Shown piece by piece: positions 56,591 through 63,868 of a stretch of DNA of 64,000 nt. Numbering within the stretch: position 1 is the stretch's first letter; every line of letters starts with the position of its first letter. Both the position numbers and the translations under genes were made by a program. The notes under the pieces were generated by a model. The model was not told the DNA's origin. It ran no database searches and was given only the letters and a program-made list of their open reading frames with translations. Source of the stretch: an uncultured virus (IMG/VR IMGVR_UViG_3300049216_000090). Lineage: Duplodnaviria > Heunggongvirae > Uroviricota > Caudoviricetes. The stretch lies in the IMG/VR virus record IMGVR_UViG_3300049216_000090, one strand, 5' to 3'.

Positions 56591-56664
56591 GTCACCGTGA
56601 ACTAGACCGGGTTCGCCCGGTCTACCTTGTGAAGTCGCCCGACACCACCATAAGGAATGCGAAC

Positions 56665-57078
56665 ATGGCGAAGTCCAAGACCGTCACCACCCCCCGCAAG
56701 CTGGTCAGCACCATCATCGACGCCACCCCCGGCGTCGTCCGTGCGGTCCACGTCTTCACCCCGGCGTTGCAACACCGGCTCGCCACGGCGGGCAGCGAAC
56801 TGCCGGTGATGGCGCTGCGGAGCAGCCTGCACGAGTACAACCTGTTCAAGCTGTACCAGCGCATCGAACTGCTGGGGCCGTCCAGCATGGACCCGCTTTT
56901 CGACAAGCCCCTGAGCGGCACGGGCGGGCGGGGCGTGGCGATTCTCTTCACGGAGTTCGCCCTACGGGTGTGGCACTTCGACGACGAAACGCCCGCCGTC
57001 ATCGACAGCAAGGACGGGCGGAACCCGCAGGACGTGCTAAAGGACGTTCTCGCCGCCTACGTCCGCAACAAGTTCTGA
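56665..57078 (+). CDS. hypothetical protein
   Basis: After motif A and TAAGGA. Confidence 0.75.
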   Translation: MAKSKTVTTPRKLVSTIIDATPGVVRAVHVFTPALQHRLATAGSELPVMALRSSLHEYNLFKLYQRIELLGPSSMDPLFDKPLSGTGGRGVAILFTEFALRVWHFDDETPAVIDSKDGRNPQDVLKDVLAAYVRNKF

Positions 57079-57087
57079 CGGTAAGGG

Positions 57088-57114
57088 GCCGGGGCTATAG
57101 CCCCGGCTTCTCTT
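57088..57114 (+). terminator. terminator (palindrome GCCGGGGCTATAGCCCCGGC)
   Basis: 20-bp perfect palindrome plus TTCTCTT. Confidence 0.7.
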
Positions 57115-57190
57115 GGGGATATAGCTGCGGTACAAATGTTGAAAATATAGCTTCAGGCAATTGTACCCTACGGGGCAGGAGGACCGAAAC

Positions 57191-57418
57191 ATGAAAGTGC
57201 GAGTCGGATCGAAGTACGTTTTCAACCGTGCGGGCTGGGACATCGCCGACCCGAAGGTGAAAATCGACAACGGAACCGTGGTCAAGGTCGGCAACATGCG
57301 GGGCTGCCCGCCTGCGAACACGATGGGCCACTGCTACGTTTTCACCCTGTCGGGTGAGTTCCTGGGCATGGTGTCAACCGCCAGCCTGAGCAAGCCGGAA
57401 AAGAAAAAGAAAAAGTAA
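57191..57418 (+). CDS. hypothetical protein (GCPPANTMGHCYV motif)
   Basis: AGGAGG RBS after motif B. Confidence 0.75.
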   Translation: MKVRVGSKYVFNRAGWDIADPKVKIDNGTVVKVGNMRGCPPANTMGHCYVFTLSGEFLGMVSTASLSKPEKKKKK

Positions 57419-57488
57419 GTGAACCGTGAACTAGACCGGGTTCGCCCGGTCTACCTTGCGAGACGGAAACCCCCAACGGAGAACGAAA

Positions 57489-57869
57489 ATGCTGACCTTC
57501 TCGAAGTGCGAAGAACTGACCCGCCGCCGTGACCGCAAGAAGCTCGGAAACAACACCTACGTCGAACGGATCGACGCCGACACGTTCGGGGTGATGTACC
57601 ACAGCACCTACGTCGTGCGGGTTCACCGGAACGGGACGTGGACGCTGAAAACGGGCGGGTGGCAGACGGTCACGACGAAAGAGCGGATGAACGACAACAG
57701 CCCCGCCCGCATCTTCCAGCGCAAACACGTCTGGTATCTGGCGGAAGGCGTCGTGTTCACCGACGGCGTGACCATCGGGGCGAACGGGCTGCCGGTGGAC
57801 AGCGTGCCCGCCACGCCCGCCCCGGTTCGCCACACGGCCCCGGCTGCTGACCTGTTCGCCGTGGTGTGA
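57489..57869 (+). CDS. phage hypothetical protein (GGWQTVTTKERMN motif)
   Basis: After motif A and GGAG. Confidence 0.75.
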   Translation: MLTFSKCEELTRRRDRKKLGNNTYVERIDADTFGVMYHSTYVVRVHRNGTWTLKTGGWQTVTTKERMNDNSPARIFQRKHVWYLAEGVVFTDGVTIGANGLPVDSVPATPAPVRHTAPAADLFAVV

Positions 57870-57871
57870 AG

Positions 57872-57902
57872 GAAGGGGGCACGCCCAGCCCCCTTTTCTT
57901 TT
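57872..57902 (+). terminator. intrinsic terminator
   Basis: AAGGGGGC...GCCCCCTT-TTCTTTT. Confidence 0.8.
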
Positions 57903-57970
57903 CGCCCGATGCTTTAGGCGATTGTACCCTGATGGTTGTCGGAAACCTAACCTTCTGCGGAGTGCGAATC

Positions 57971-58339
57971 ATGGGCGTGCGACTCTACCCGATCACCCGG
58001 AACGTGGCGAACCTGGAAAAGCTGTGCGGTGTGCCCGAAGGCACTCACGCCCGCCTGGAAGCCCTGAAGGTCAAGCACGGGACGGAAACCCCCGGCCTCA
58101 CCTTCTGGGAGCGTGAGGGGCGATACGAAGCCCTCTGGAACGAAGTCAACGCCGACCCCCACACGGCCACCCTGGACCACTTCATTACCTTCGGGTGGGG
58201 CAAGTTCGGCGACATGCACGACATCACGGGCGGGACGTGCGGCGGGTCGGAAACCGACCCCGTGCGGGCGACGATGCTGCTCCGCAGCAACGGCCTTCAC
58301 CCCGACCTAGCCCTTTGTGAAGGGGTTTGCTGGGGTTGA
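57971..58339 (+). CDS. hypothetical protein
   Basis: GGAG RBS after motif B half site. Confidence 0.75.
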   Translation: MGVRLYPITRNVANLEKLCGVPEGTHARLEALKVKHGTETPGLTFWEREGRYEALWNEVNADPHTATLDHFITFGWGKFGDMHDITGGTCGGSETDPVRATMLLRSNGLHPDLALCEGVCWG

Positions 58340-58344
58340 CCGGG

Positions 58345-58370
58345 AGCGGGCTTCGGCCCGCTTTTCTTTT
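58345..58370 (+). terminator. intrinsic terminator
   Basis: AGCGGGC-TTCG-GCCCGCT-TTTCTTTT. Confidence 0.85.
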
Positions 58371-58433
58371 CGGCTTTTTCTTTAGGCAATTGTACCCTAC
58401 GGGTTGTGAAGATCACCCCTGCGGAGAACGAAG

Positions 58434-58790
58434 ATGGAAGCGATGCTGAAAGCCTACATGGTGGCGGCGCTGTGGTCCACCAACGACGAAAGCGACGACC
58501 GGGGCGGCGAACCGCTCGACAGCAACTATGACACCGACGACATCCACCCCGACACCGTGGCGAAGATGCGGGCCGACGTGGAAAAGTTCCTCGCCGACAA
58601 CGCCGCCGACATCGGCGACCGGGAAGAACAGGCCGGGCATGACCTGTGGATGACCCGCAACGGGCACGGCGTCGGGTTCTGGGAAACCCCCGACTGGCCC
58701 GCCGAGCCGGGCGAACGCCTCACCAGAGCGGCGAAGGCGATGGGCGAAGCCTACCTGTACGTCGGTGACGACGGTATGATCCACGCTTGA
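58434..58790 (+). CDS. acidic phage hypothetical protein (GHDLWMTRNGHGVGFW motif)
   Basis: GGAG RBS after motif B half site. Confidence 0.8.
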   Translation: MEAMLKAYMVAALWSTNDESDDRGGEPLDSNYDTDDIHPDTVAKMRADVEKFLADNAADIGDREEQAGHDLWMTRNGHGVGFWETPDWPAEPGERLTRAAKAMGEAYLYVGDDGMIHA

Positions 58791-58802
58791 TCGTGGTGAC
58801 GG

Positions 58803-58827
58803 AAGCGGGGTCTAACTGACCCCGCTT
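58803..58827 (+). terminator. hairpin (probable terminator)
   Basis: AAGCGGGGTC-TAACT-GACCCCGCTT. Confidence 0.65.
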
Positions 58828-58895
58828 GTCGGAAAGAAATCTTTAGACGTTTGTACCTTGTAGGTTGTCGCCCGACGAACTCAAGGAGATGCGAG

Positions 58896-59408
58896 ATGAC
58901 GACGACGACGAACGAACTCGTGATCGGTGGCGCTCACGACCTGGACACGAAGCCCGCCCCGAAGCGCAAGAGCCGTGCGAAGCCCAAGCCCGCCCCGGTC
59001 GAAGCCCCGAAGGTCGAAGCGAAGCCCGCCCCGAAGGGCGACAAGTTGGCGACCTACATCGCCATCACCGCCGCCGCCACGACCGTGGTGTTCTCGATGA
59101 TCCTGAACGTCGGGGCGTTCACGGCGACGACGGGCGGGGTGTTCGGGGTGGCGCTGGGCATCGCCCTCCCGCTGTGGGTGCTGGCCGCTACCTACATCGG
59201 GAACCACATGCACGACCGGAGCAAGGGCATTGCGGTGTTCGCCTACACGCTCGCCGGGTTCATGCTGCTGGTGTCCATGCCCCACCTAGCTAGTGGGTAC
59301 ACCGCACTCGGCCTGACGTGGTGGGAAGGATGGGCGCTCGCCATCGTCACCGATCTAACGCAGGTCGTAATGAAGATGGCTATCATCAAGATGTGGCACA
59401 AGAGCTAG
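58896..59408 (+). CDS. membrane protein (four helices) with K/P/A-rich N-terminus
   Basis: AAGGAG RBS; hydrophobic segments. Confidence 0.75.
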   Translation: MTTTTNELVIGGAHDLDTKPAPKRKSRAKPKPAPVEAPKVEAKPAPKGDKLATYIAITAAATTVVFSMILNVGAFTATTGGVFGVALGIALPLWVLAATYIGNHMHDRSKGIAVFAYTLAGFMLLVSMPHLASGYTALGLTWWEGWALAIVTDLTQVVMKMAIIKMWHKS

Positions 59409-59419
59409 GTCATACGAAC

Positions 59420-59447
59420 AAGCGCCCATCGTTATGATGGGCGCTTT
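59420..59447. terminator. terminator closing the array
   Basis: AAGCGCCCATC-GTTAT-GATGGGCGCTT-T. Confidence 0.75.
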
Positions 59448-59620
59448 AGACAAGCGAGGTTGCAAAGATAAAAATCAAACAATTCGACAGCAAAAAGTTA
59501 GACGATAGTAGTCCAGGGGGTGGCCCCTACACGCAATGACTGCCCATGTCTTCTTTCTTTGTTGCAAAGATTTTCGGCCCCAGGGTCCAGACTGTTCGCC
59601 CAGGGGCTAAAAAACTCGGT

Positions 59621-60064
59621 TTAAGCGACTTTCAAAAATACGCCTGCCAAAAATTTCACGTCCCCCTCCAGGGGTTGCGACTGCTTCAAGTACCGCTCGA
59701 TCCGGGACTCCTCCGACGGGACGTACTCCTTCACTTGGGAAATCCCCATGTCGTAATCGCACGGGCCGTAGGGGAGTTCGATGTCGGGAATGTCCTGGCC
59801 TTCCGGCTGGACCATCTCGTGCATGAACGCCAACGCAGGCGGCAGGCCGAACACTTCCTGGGCTTGGTCGGCGTACCAGGGAATCTTCTTCCCCACTTCA
59901 AAGTTGCCGCCGACGAAATGTTTCAACTCGTCCTTGCTGCCGTTGATGGCGTCCCGCTTCGGCCCGTAGTGGTGGTTCTCCCGCAGCTTGTCGATGTGGC
60001 GGTTCGGCAGGAGGGCCATCTGTTCGGGCTGGTTCAGCCAATCCTCATACTCTTCCCAAGTCAT
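59621..60064 (-). CDS. FMHE-motif paralog 4
   Basis: EEYEDWLNQPEQ, LPPALAFMHEMV, RIERYLKQS; AAGGA RBS and ATGA coupling. Confidence 0.7.
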   Translation of the reverse strand: MTWEEYEDWLNQPEQMALLPNRHIDKLRENHHYGPKRDAINGSKDELKHFVGGNFEVGKKIPWYADQAQEVFGLPPALAFMHEMVQPEGQDIPDIELPYGPCDYDMGISQVKEYVPSEESRIERYLKQSQPLEGDVKFLAGVFLKVA

Positions 60065-60339
60065 TCTTCCTTCCTTTCGGGGGCGAAGAAGTAGTCCCCG
60101 TTCGGGTGATACTTCTTCTTGACCCACAAGTCGTTCCGCTGGGCGAACAGGTCGTCTTCTACAACTCGTTCGTCGGCCCCGAACACCGCCTCGTGCATGA
60201 ACATCATCTCCGGGGGCAGTTCGCACACGTCCGAGTTGTAGGGAAAGGGTCGGCCCAGGACGGGCACGCCCTCCAGGTAGCGTTGCAGTCTCTTCTCGGT
60301 GGACGGCAGGTAGTCTTCAAACTCTTCAATAGGAAGCAT
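60061..60339 (-). CDS. FMHE-motif paralog 3
   Basis: RLQRYLEG, VCELPPEMMFMHEAVFG. Confidence 0.7.
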   Translation of the reverse strand: MLPIEEFEDYLPSTEKRLQRYLEGVPVLGRPFPYNSDVCELPPEMMFMHEAVFGADERVVEDDLFAQRNDLWVKKKYHPNGDYFFAPERKEE

Positions 60340-60793
60340 ACTCGATCCTTTCAGATTCGTCGAGATACTGTTGCGCACGCTTCGTGTGGCTGCCCCGGCT
60401 GCTGATCGTCCGGTCGGCCTCGATCTCGTCCCAGATGTTGCTCCGGTCTTCCGGGAAATTCAAACTAATGTCATCAACTTTGTCGTCTTCGCCGAACACG
60501 GCGTCGTGCATGAACATCATTTCCGGGGGGAGGTCGCAAACTTCGGGGTGGTAGTTGAGTGGGGCGGCGGCACGTTTGGGTTGTTCGTTGGGAACGCCCG
60601 GCCCGGTCTGTACGTTATCCGACGGGTTGTAGGTGCATTGCTCCCAGAGTTTCTTTTGTTCGGGTTCGTTGAGCCACTTAGCGTAGTCCTCGTCGGAGAT
60701 GATGCCGAGCCAGTGCCCGAACTGAGCGATCAGCTTCTTGGGGATGGAGGCGGTGACGACGGAGTTGTAAGTACCTTTGCTACAGAATGCCAT
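60326..60793 (-). CDS. FMHE-motif paralog 2
   Basis: EDYAKWLNEPEQ, VCDLPPEMMFMHDAVFG, RAQQYLDES. Confidence 0.7.
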   Translation of the reverse strand: MAFCSKGTYNSVVTASIPKKLIAQFGHWLGIISDEDYAKWLNEPEQKKLWEQCTYNPSDNVQTGPGVPNEQPKRAAAPLNYHPEVCDLPPEMMFMHDAVFGEDDKVDDISLNFPEDRSNIWDEIEADRTISSRGSHTKRAQQYLDESERIEYASY

Positions 60794-60803
60794 AGTGAGC
60801 CTT

Positions 60804-61586
60804 TCACATATAATGTCGGAACATAATCTTGAAGTTATGGTAGTAAACAACCTGATCGACTGAGTAAGAAGAATCCAATTCGTAGTATTCTTGTCGGAAC
60901 TCGATGTCGGGTGGTCGTCCGAAGTGTCCGTGGGCGTGGGTGGTCATGGAAAGGGGTTTGAAAGTTTTCGGCCCGGCCATGCGATGCCAAGCGTGCCAGA
61001 ACTGGAACTGGCAGCGGGAGCGGTGGTCGCAGTTGTTGTAGAACTCCGTGCAGTCCTGTTCGTAGGACTCTTGGATGCGGCGGAACAACCCGGCCCGTCC
61101 GACCAGTAGGCCGCAGTTCCAGACGGGGATTTTCTCGAAGTCGGTGGGGTGGTATGTGCCGAGGAAGCCGAACTTAATGCTGATGCGGCGGGCCTCTTGG
61201 TAGAGGTTGTCGAATTCGAGGCGGTGGTCGTTCGGCCCGGCACTGATGGTGTTCTGGTCGAATTTCTCGAACAGGTGCTTCTCGTCGGCGGAAAAGTCCC
61301 GCTGGACGATGATGTCGGCGTCGGAGAGGACGATCAGGTCGTTTGGTTGTAGGAACGGGAGGGCGTCGAGGAACCGTCCGTGTTGGATCATGCCGCAGCT
61401 TTCGGTGGGGCAGCGGTCCATCGTGTGCCACTCGATGTGGCTGTGGTAGTCGGTGAGTTCTTTGGCGGGGGTGAACCCGTTGCAGACGCCCAGGATGCGG
61501 GCGCTCTTGACGGCCCGGAGAGACTTGAAGAAGTGGCTCGCCCGGTCCAGGTAGTTGTCGGTAACGGCGAAGACGAGGTTAATCAT
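60804..61586 (-). CDS. glycosyltransferase (GT-A, DxD) like protein
   Basis: VFAVTDNY, VLSDADIIVQ, VWNCGLLVG. Confidence 0.65.
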   Translation of the reverse strand: MINLVFAVTDNYLDRASHFFKSLRAVKSARILGVCNGFTPAKELTDYHSHIEWHTMDRCPTESCGMIQHGRFLDALPFLQPNDLIVLSDADIIVQRDFSADEKHLFEKFDQNTISAGPNDHRLEFDNLYQEARRISIKFGFLGTYHPTDFEKIPVWNCGLLVGRAGLFRRIQESYEQDCTEFYNNCDHRSRCQFQFWHAWHRMAGPKTFKPLSMTTHAHGHFGRPPDIEFRQEYYELDSSYSVDQVVYYHNFKIMFRHYM

Positions 61587-61966
61587 TCACTATCGTAGTG
61601 TTCCTTGCTCTCTTTCAGGTAGCGTCTGATCTTGCAGTCCGGGTCTTGCACGTTGGCTTCGGCGAGGGCTTCTTCGTCCTCCCACCATTGCAGCTTCCGG
61701 GCATTCTGTTCGGGCGGGACCAGGGCGTTCTCGTTGTGCCCTTCCTCGAACACGCTTTCGTGCATGAACAGCGTGCCCGGAGCGAAGGATAGCAGGTTGC
61801 AACTAAGATTGAGTTGCAACTGTCGTTTCATTTCCTTCACATATTCGTGCGTGTCCAGCCGTCGCTGTTCTGTCGTGATCGTGGTGAACTTCCCCGGCCT
61901 CCCCTCCAACTTGTAGGGTAGGGGCTGGGGTTTCTCCTCGTTGATCTGTTCGATCTTCTGGTCCAT
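61583..61966 (-). CDS. FMHE-motif paralog 1
   Basis: PGTLFMHESVF, KIRRYLKES; GGAG RBS. Confidence 0.65.
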   Translation of the reverse strand: MDQKIEQINEEKPQPLPYKLEGRPGKFTTITTEQRRLDTHEYVKEMKRQLQLNLSCNLLSFAPGTLFMHESVFEEGHNENALVPPEQNARKLQWWEDEEALAEANVQDPDCKIRRYLKESKEHYDSE

Positions 61967-62585
61967 CGTCTACTCCCGAAAGCATTACGCCAATCTCTTT
62001 GGCCGAAAGCATTGTAACAATGGTTGCGATTTCGTTCAAGTTGAGTGGCTGGCCGTCGAGGGAGTCGCCGAACGCACGGTGGGCGGCACAGGCGGCGTAC
62101 AGGGTGGGGTTGTCGAGGGCGACGGCAGCGACGGCGGCGTGTCCGGCGGCGACCTGGGCGACGAGCATCAGTTCCAGGAGGATGTCGGACATCTTGGCGG
62201 CGGCTTCCTTGGAGCGGTCCTTGCCCTTCAGCCAGTTGAACCCCCACTGTTGGAAGAGGGCGTGTTCGACGGTGTTGAGTGCGCAGACGATCCCGAAGGT
62301 GATCCGCTGTTCGATGGTGAGCGTGGGGGTTTCGACCTCCCGGAGAGTTTTCATTCCCGTGGAAATCTCTCGGTAGTCGTAGTTGGTGATGTCCCCGAAC
62401 GGTTCGGCCACCCACAGGCGGTGGTTCTTGTACTCGTCGTTGGCGGCGACCATCAGGGCGGCGACGGTGGGGCTTTGGTAACAGGTGAAGTAGTAGTTGT
62501 CGTTCGTCTCGGTGTGCGAAACGTCTTCGCCCCACTGACGGCCCTGCCAATCCTTACCTTCTCTGTCGGTTATGAAGTAGTACAT
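61803..62585 (-). CDS. hypothetical protein (C-terminus overlaps next gene)
   Basis: ATG 5 nt after a minus-strand TATAAT (62591-62596). Confidence 0.65.
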   Translation of the reverse strand: MYYFITDREGKDWQGRQWGEDVSHTETNDNYYFTCYQSPTVAALMVAANDEYKNHRLWVAEPFGDITNYDYREISTGMKTLREVETPTLTIEQRITFGIVCALNTVEHALFQQWGFNWLKGKDRSKEAAAKMSDILLELMLVAQVAAGHAAVAAVALDNPTLYAACAAHRAFGDSLDGQPLNLNEIATIVTMLSAKEIGVMLSGVDDGPEDRTDQRGETPAPTLQVGGEAGEVHHDHDRTATAGHARICEGNETTVATQS

Positions 62586-62662
62586 ACCACATTATAGCGA
62601 TATTGGGTGATATATCTAAAGCGGTTTTTTCGCTAACCCACCGACGGCCACTATATACAGGC

Positions 62663-63541
62663 ATGAGGAAAGAATGGATTCTTATCCTGGTTCTTGCATT
62701 GGCCCTTGTCTTTGCGTACCAAAAGAAGGCGTCGAAGGGAGTCGTACCAGTTACGCCTTCCGACAACTCGTTCGTCTTGCCGCCAGTCCCGCAACCGGAT
62801 AACCGACAACCTCAACCCGTGCCGCCCCCTCAGAGGCCACAGGTTGTTGTAGACATCATCAATTGGCCTGCGGTACGACAGGTCAGCCCGACCGACATTG
62901 GTGAAGTGTTGGCCGACATCGACAGCCACATGCCTGCGGGCCACCACTACAGGTTCCCGGAGAAGATCACCTGGGCGCACGAGACGACCCACGGCATCAA
63001 CGCCAACATCCGCAACAAATACTACACGCAGAGTCGTGTCGTAAACGCCTTCTACGTTCTTCAGAACCGTGGCATCGTGGTCGAAGAGCCGAAGACGACT
63101 ATCGCTGCCGTCGCCGGGAACATCCCGCAAAGCTGGCGGGGGACGTGTTACCAGCTTTACTTGGTGCAGCAGCGGCGGGACTGGAACGACAGGCCGTTGT
63201 ACCTGTGCGACGAGTGGGTTGCCTACACGAACGGTGCGGCTTGTCGGAAAGACTTGAAGATGGAGGATCAGGCGAGCGAGATGGAGTTCACCTGCGAGTT
63301 CACCGGGTATGTGTTGAGTCTGGCCTACACGGTGAAGCAGAAGTGTCCGGCGTATGACGACAAGCAATTCAAGGCGTTCGTCATGTGGAACATCGAGCGG
63401 ACTATGAAGATTTACAACAACGAGGCGGGGGCTAATACCCGGCTCCAGGCGATTCGTACATCCCCGGACGGCGAACCCATCAGGCAGTTCGCCCGGTCCT
63501 ACTTCGGTGCGGAGTGGTGCATGGAGATATTGGGTTTTTAA
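62663..63541 (+). CDS. secreted or membrane-anchored HEXXH metallopeptidase-like protein
   Basis: N-terminal hydrophobic helix, P/Q linker, WAHETTHG and downstream DEW. Confidence 0.65.
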   Translation: MRKEWILILVLALALVFAYQKKASKGVVPVTPSDNSFVLPPVPQPDNRQPQPVPPPQRPQVVVDIINWPAVRQVSPTDIGEVLADIDSHMPAGHHYRFPEKITWAHETTHGINANIRNKYYTQSRVVNAFYVLQNRGIVVEEPKTTIAAVAGNIPQSWRGTCYQLYLVQQRRDWNDRPLYLCDEWVAYTNGAACRKDLKMEDQASEMEFTCEFTGYVLSLAYTVKQKCPAYDDKQFKAFVMWNIERTMKIYNNEAGANTRLQAIRTSPDGEPIRQFARSYFGAEWCMEILGF

Positions 63542-63562
63542 TATGCGGGGTTATGCACCACG

Positions 63563-63601
63563 AACGAACAAACGCCTCCTTATGGGAGGCGTTATTCGTT
63601 T
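63563..63601. terminator. bidirectional terminator between convergent genes
   Basis: AACGCCTCC-TTATG-GGAGGCGTT with flanking AACGAA/TTCGTT. Confidence 0.7.
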
Positions 63602-63860
63602 AGGAGAGGGGTTGGAACTCGACGGCGACGACTTTCCCTTTGTTGTGAGAGATGTTGAAGCGGTAGTCGAGAGTACCGTTCTCCATAAACAGCTTCAGGT
63701 CGTCGGAATGGGACTTGAAGTATCTGAGAACTTCTCTCCTCATTTCGGCGACCAGCGAATCCAGGGGGTCGGCGTTATACCCAACGAACCGTTTGAGAAC
63801 GATGTTGAGTTGATTGACGACTCGGCGGCGACCCTTTCTTTTTAACCATACGTTCTGCAT
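63600..63860 (-). CDS. hypothetical protein
   Basis: ACTAGATA-N5-ATG start at 63860. Confidence 0.65.
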   Translation of the reverse strand: MQNVWLKRKGRRRVVNQLNIVLKRFVGYNADPLDSLVAEMRREVLRYFKSHSDDLKLFMENGTLDYRFNISHNKGKVVAVEFQPLS

Positions 63861-63868
63861 GAACGTAT

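Larger units (their letters stand above)
41177..57463 (+). repeat. motif A array: 23 copies starting at 41177, 42638, 43201, 45236, 45627, 46034, 46384, 46884, 47246, 47910, 48793, 49186, 49597 (degenerate), 50301, 50660, 51245, 51923, 52256, 52594, 53765, 54509, 56597, 57426
   Basis: GTGAACTAGACCGGG-TT(G/C)G-CCCGGTCTACC(T/A)TGCGAG; all intergenic and on the same strand. Confidence 0.97.
40763..58860 (+). repeat. motif B family: 7 full copies (40763, 42395, 43544, 50001, 51826, 55960, 57129) and 8 right-half copies (40922, 49859, 53010, 53530, 55254, 56325, 57913, 58381), plus a degenerate one at 58842
   Basis: Full form (G)GGTACAAA-N22/23-WTTGTACCC; core TTYAGRCRWTTGTACCCT; nearly always after a terminator or hairpin and before a gene or ncRNA. 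Confidence 0.9.

Noticed and set aside
41177..57463. Motif A array as a CRISPR array
   Set aside because: The repeat size and palindrome fit, but the intervening sequences are 0.3-2 kb genes of variable length and no cas gene is visible.
41177..57463. Classical integron with attC sites
   Set aside because: No RYYYAAC...GTTRRRY ends, no integron integrase in the window, and promoter-like fixed spacing. An analogous but different mechanism is not excluded.
42653..57488. ORF-track N-terminal extensions such as MARSTMRD..., MRDEN..., MYPTG...
   Set aside because: They are translations of motif A or B; real starts lie downstream, after the RBS.
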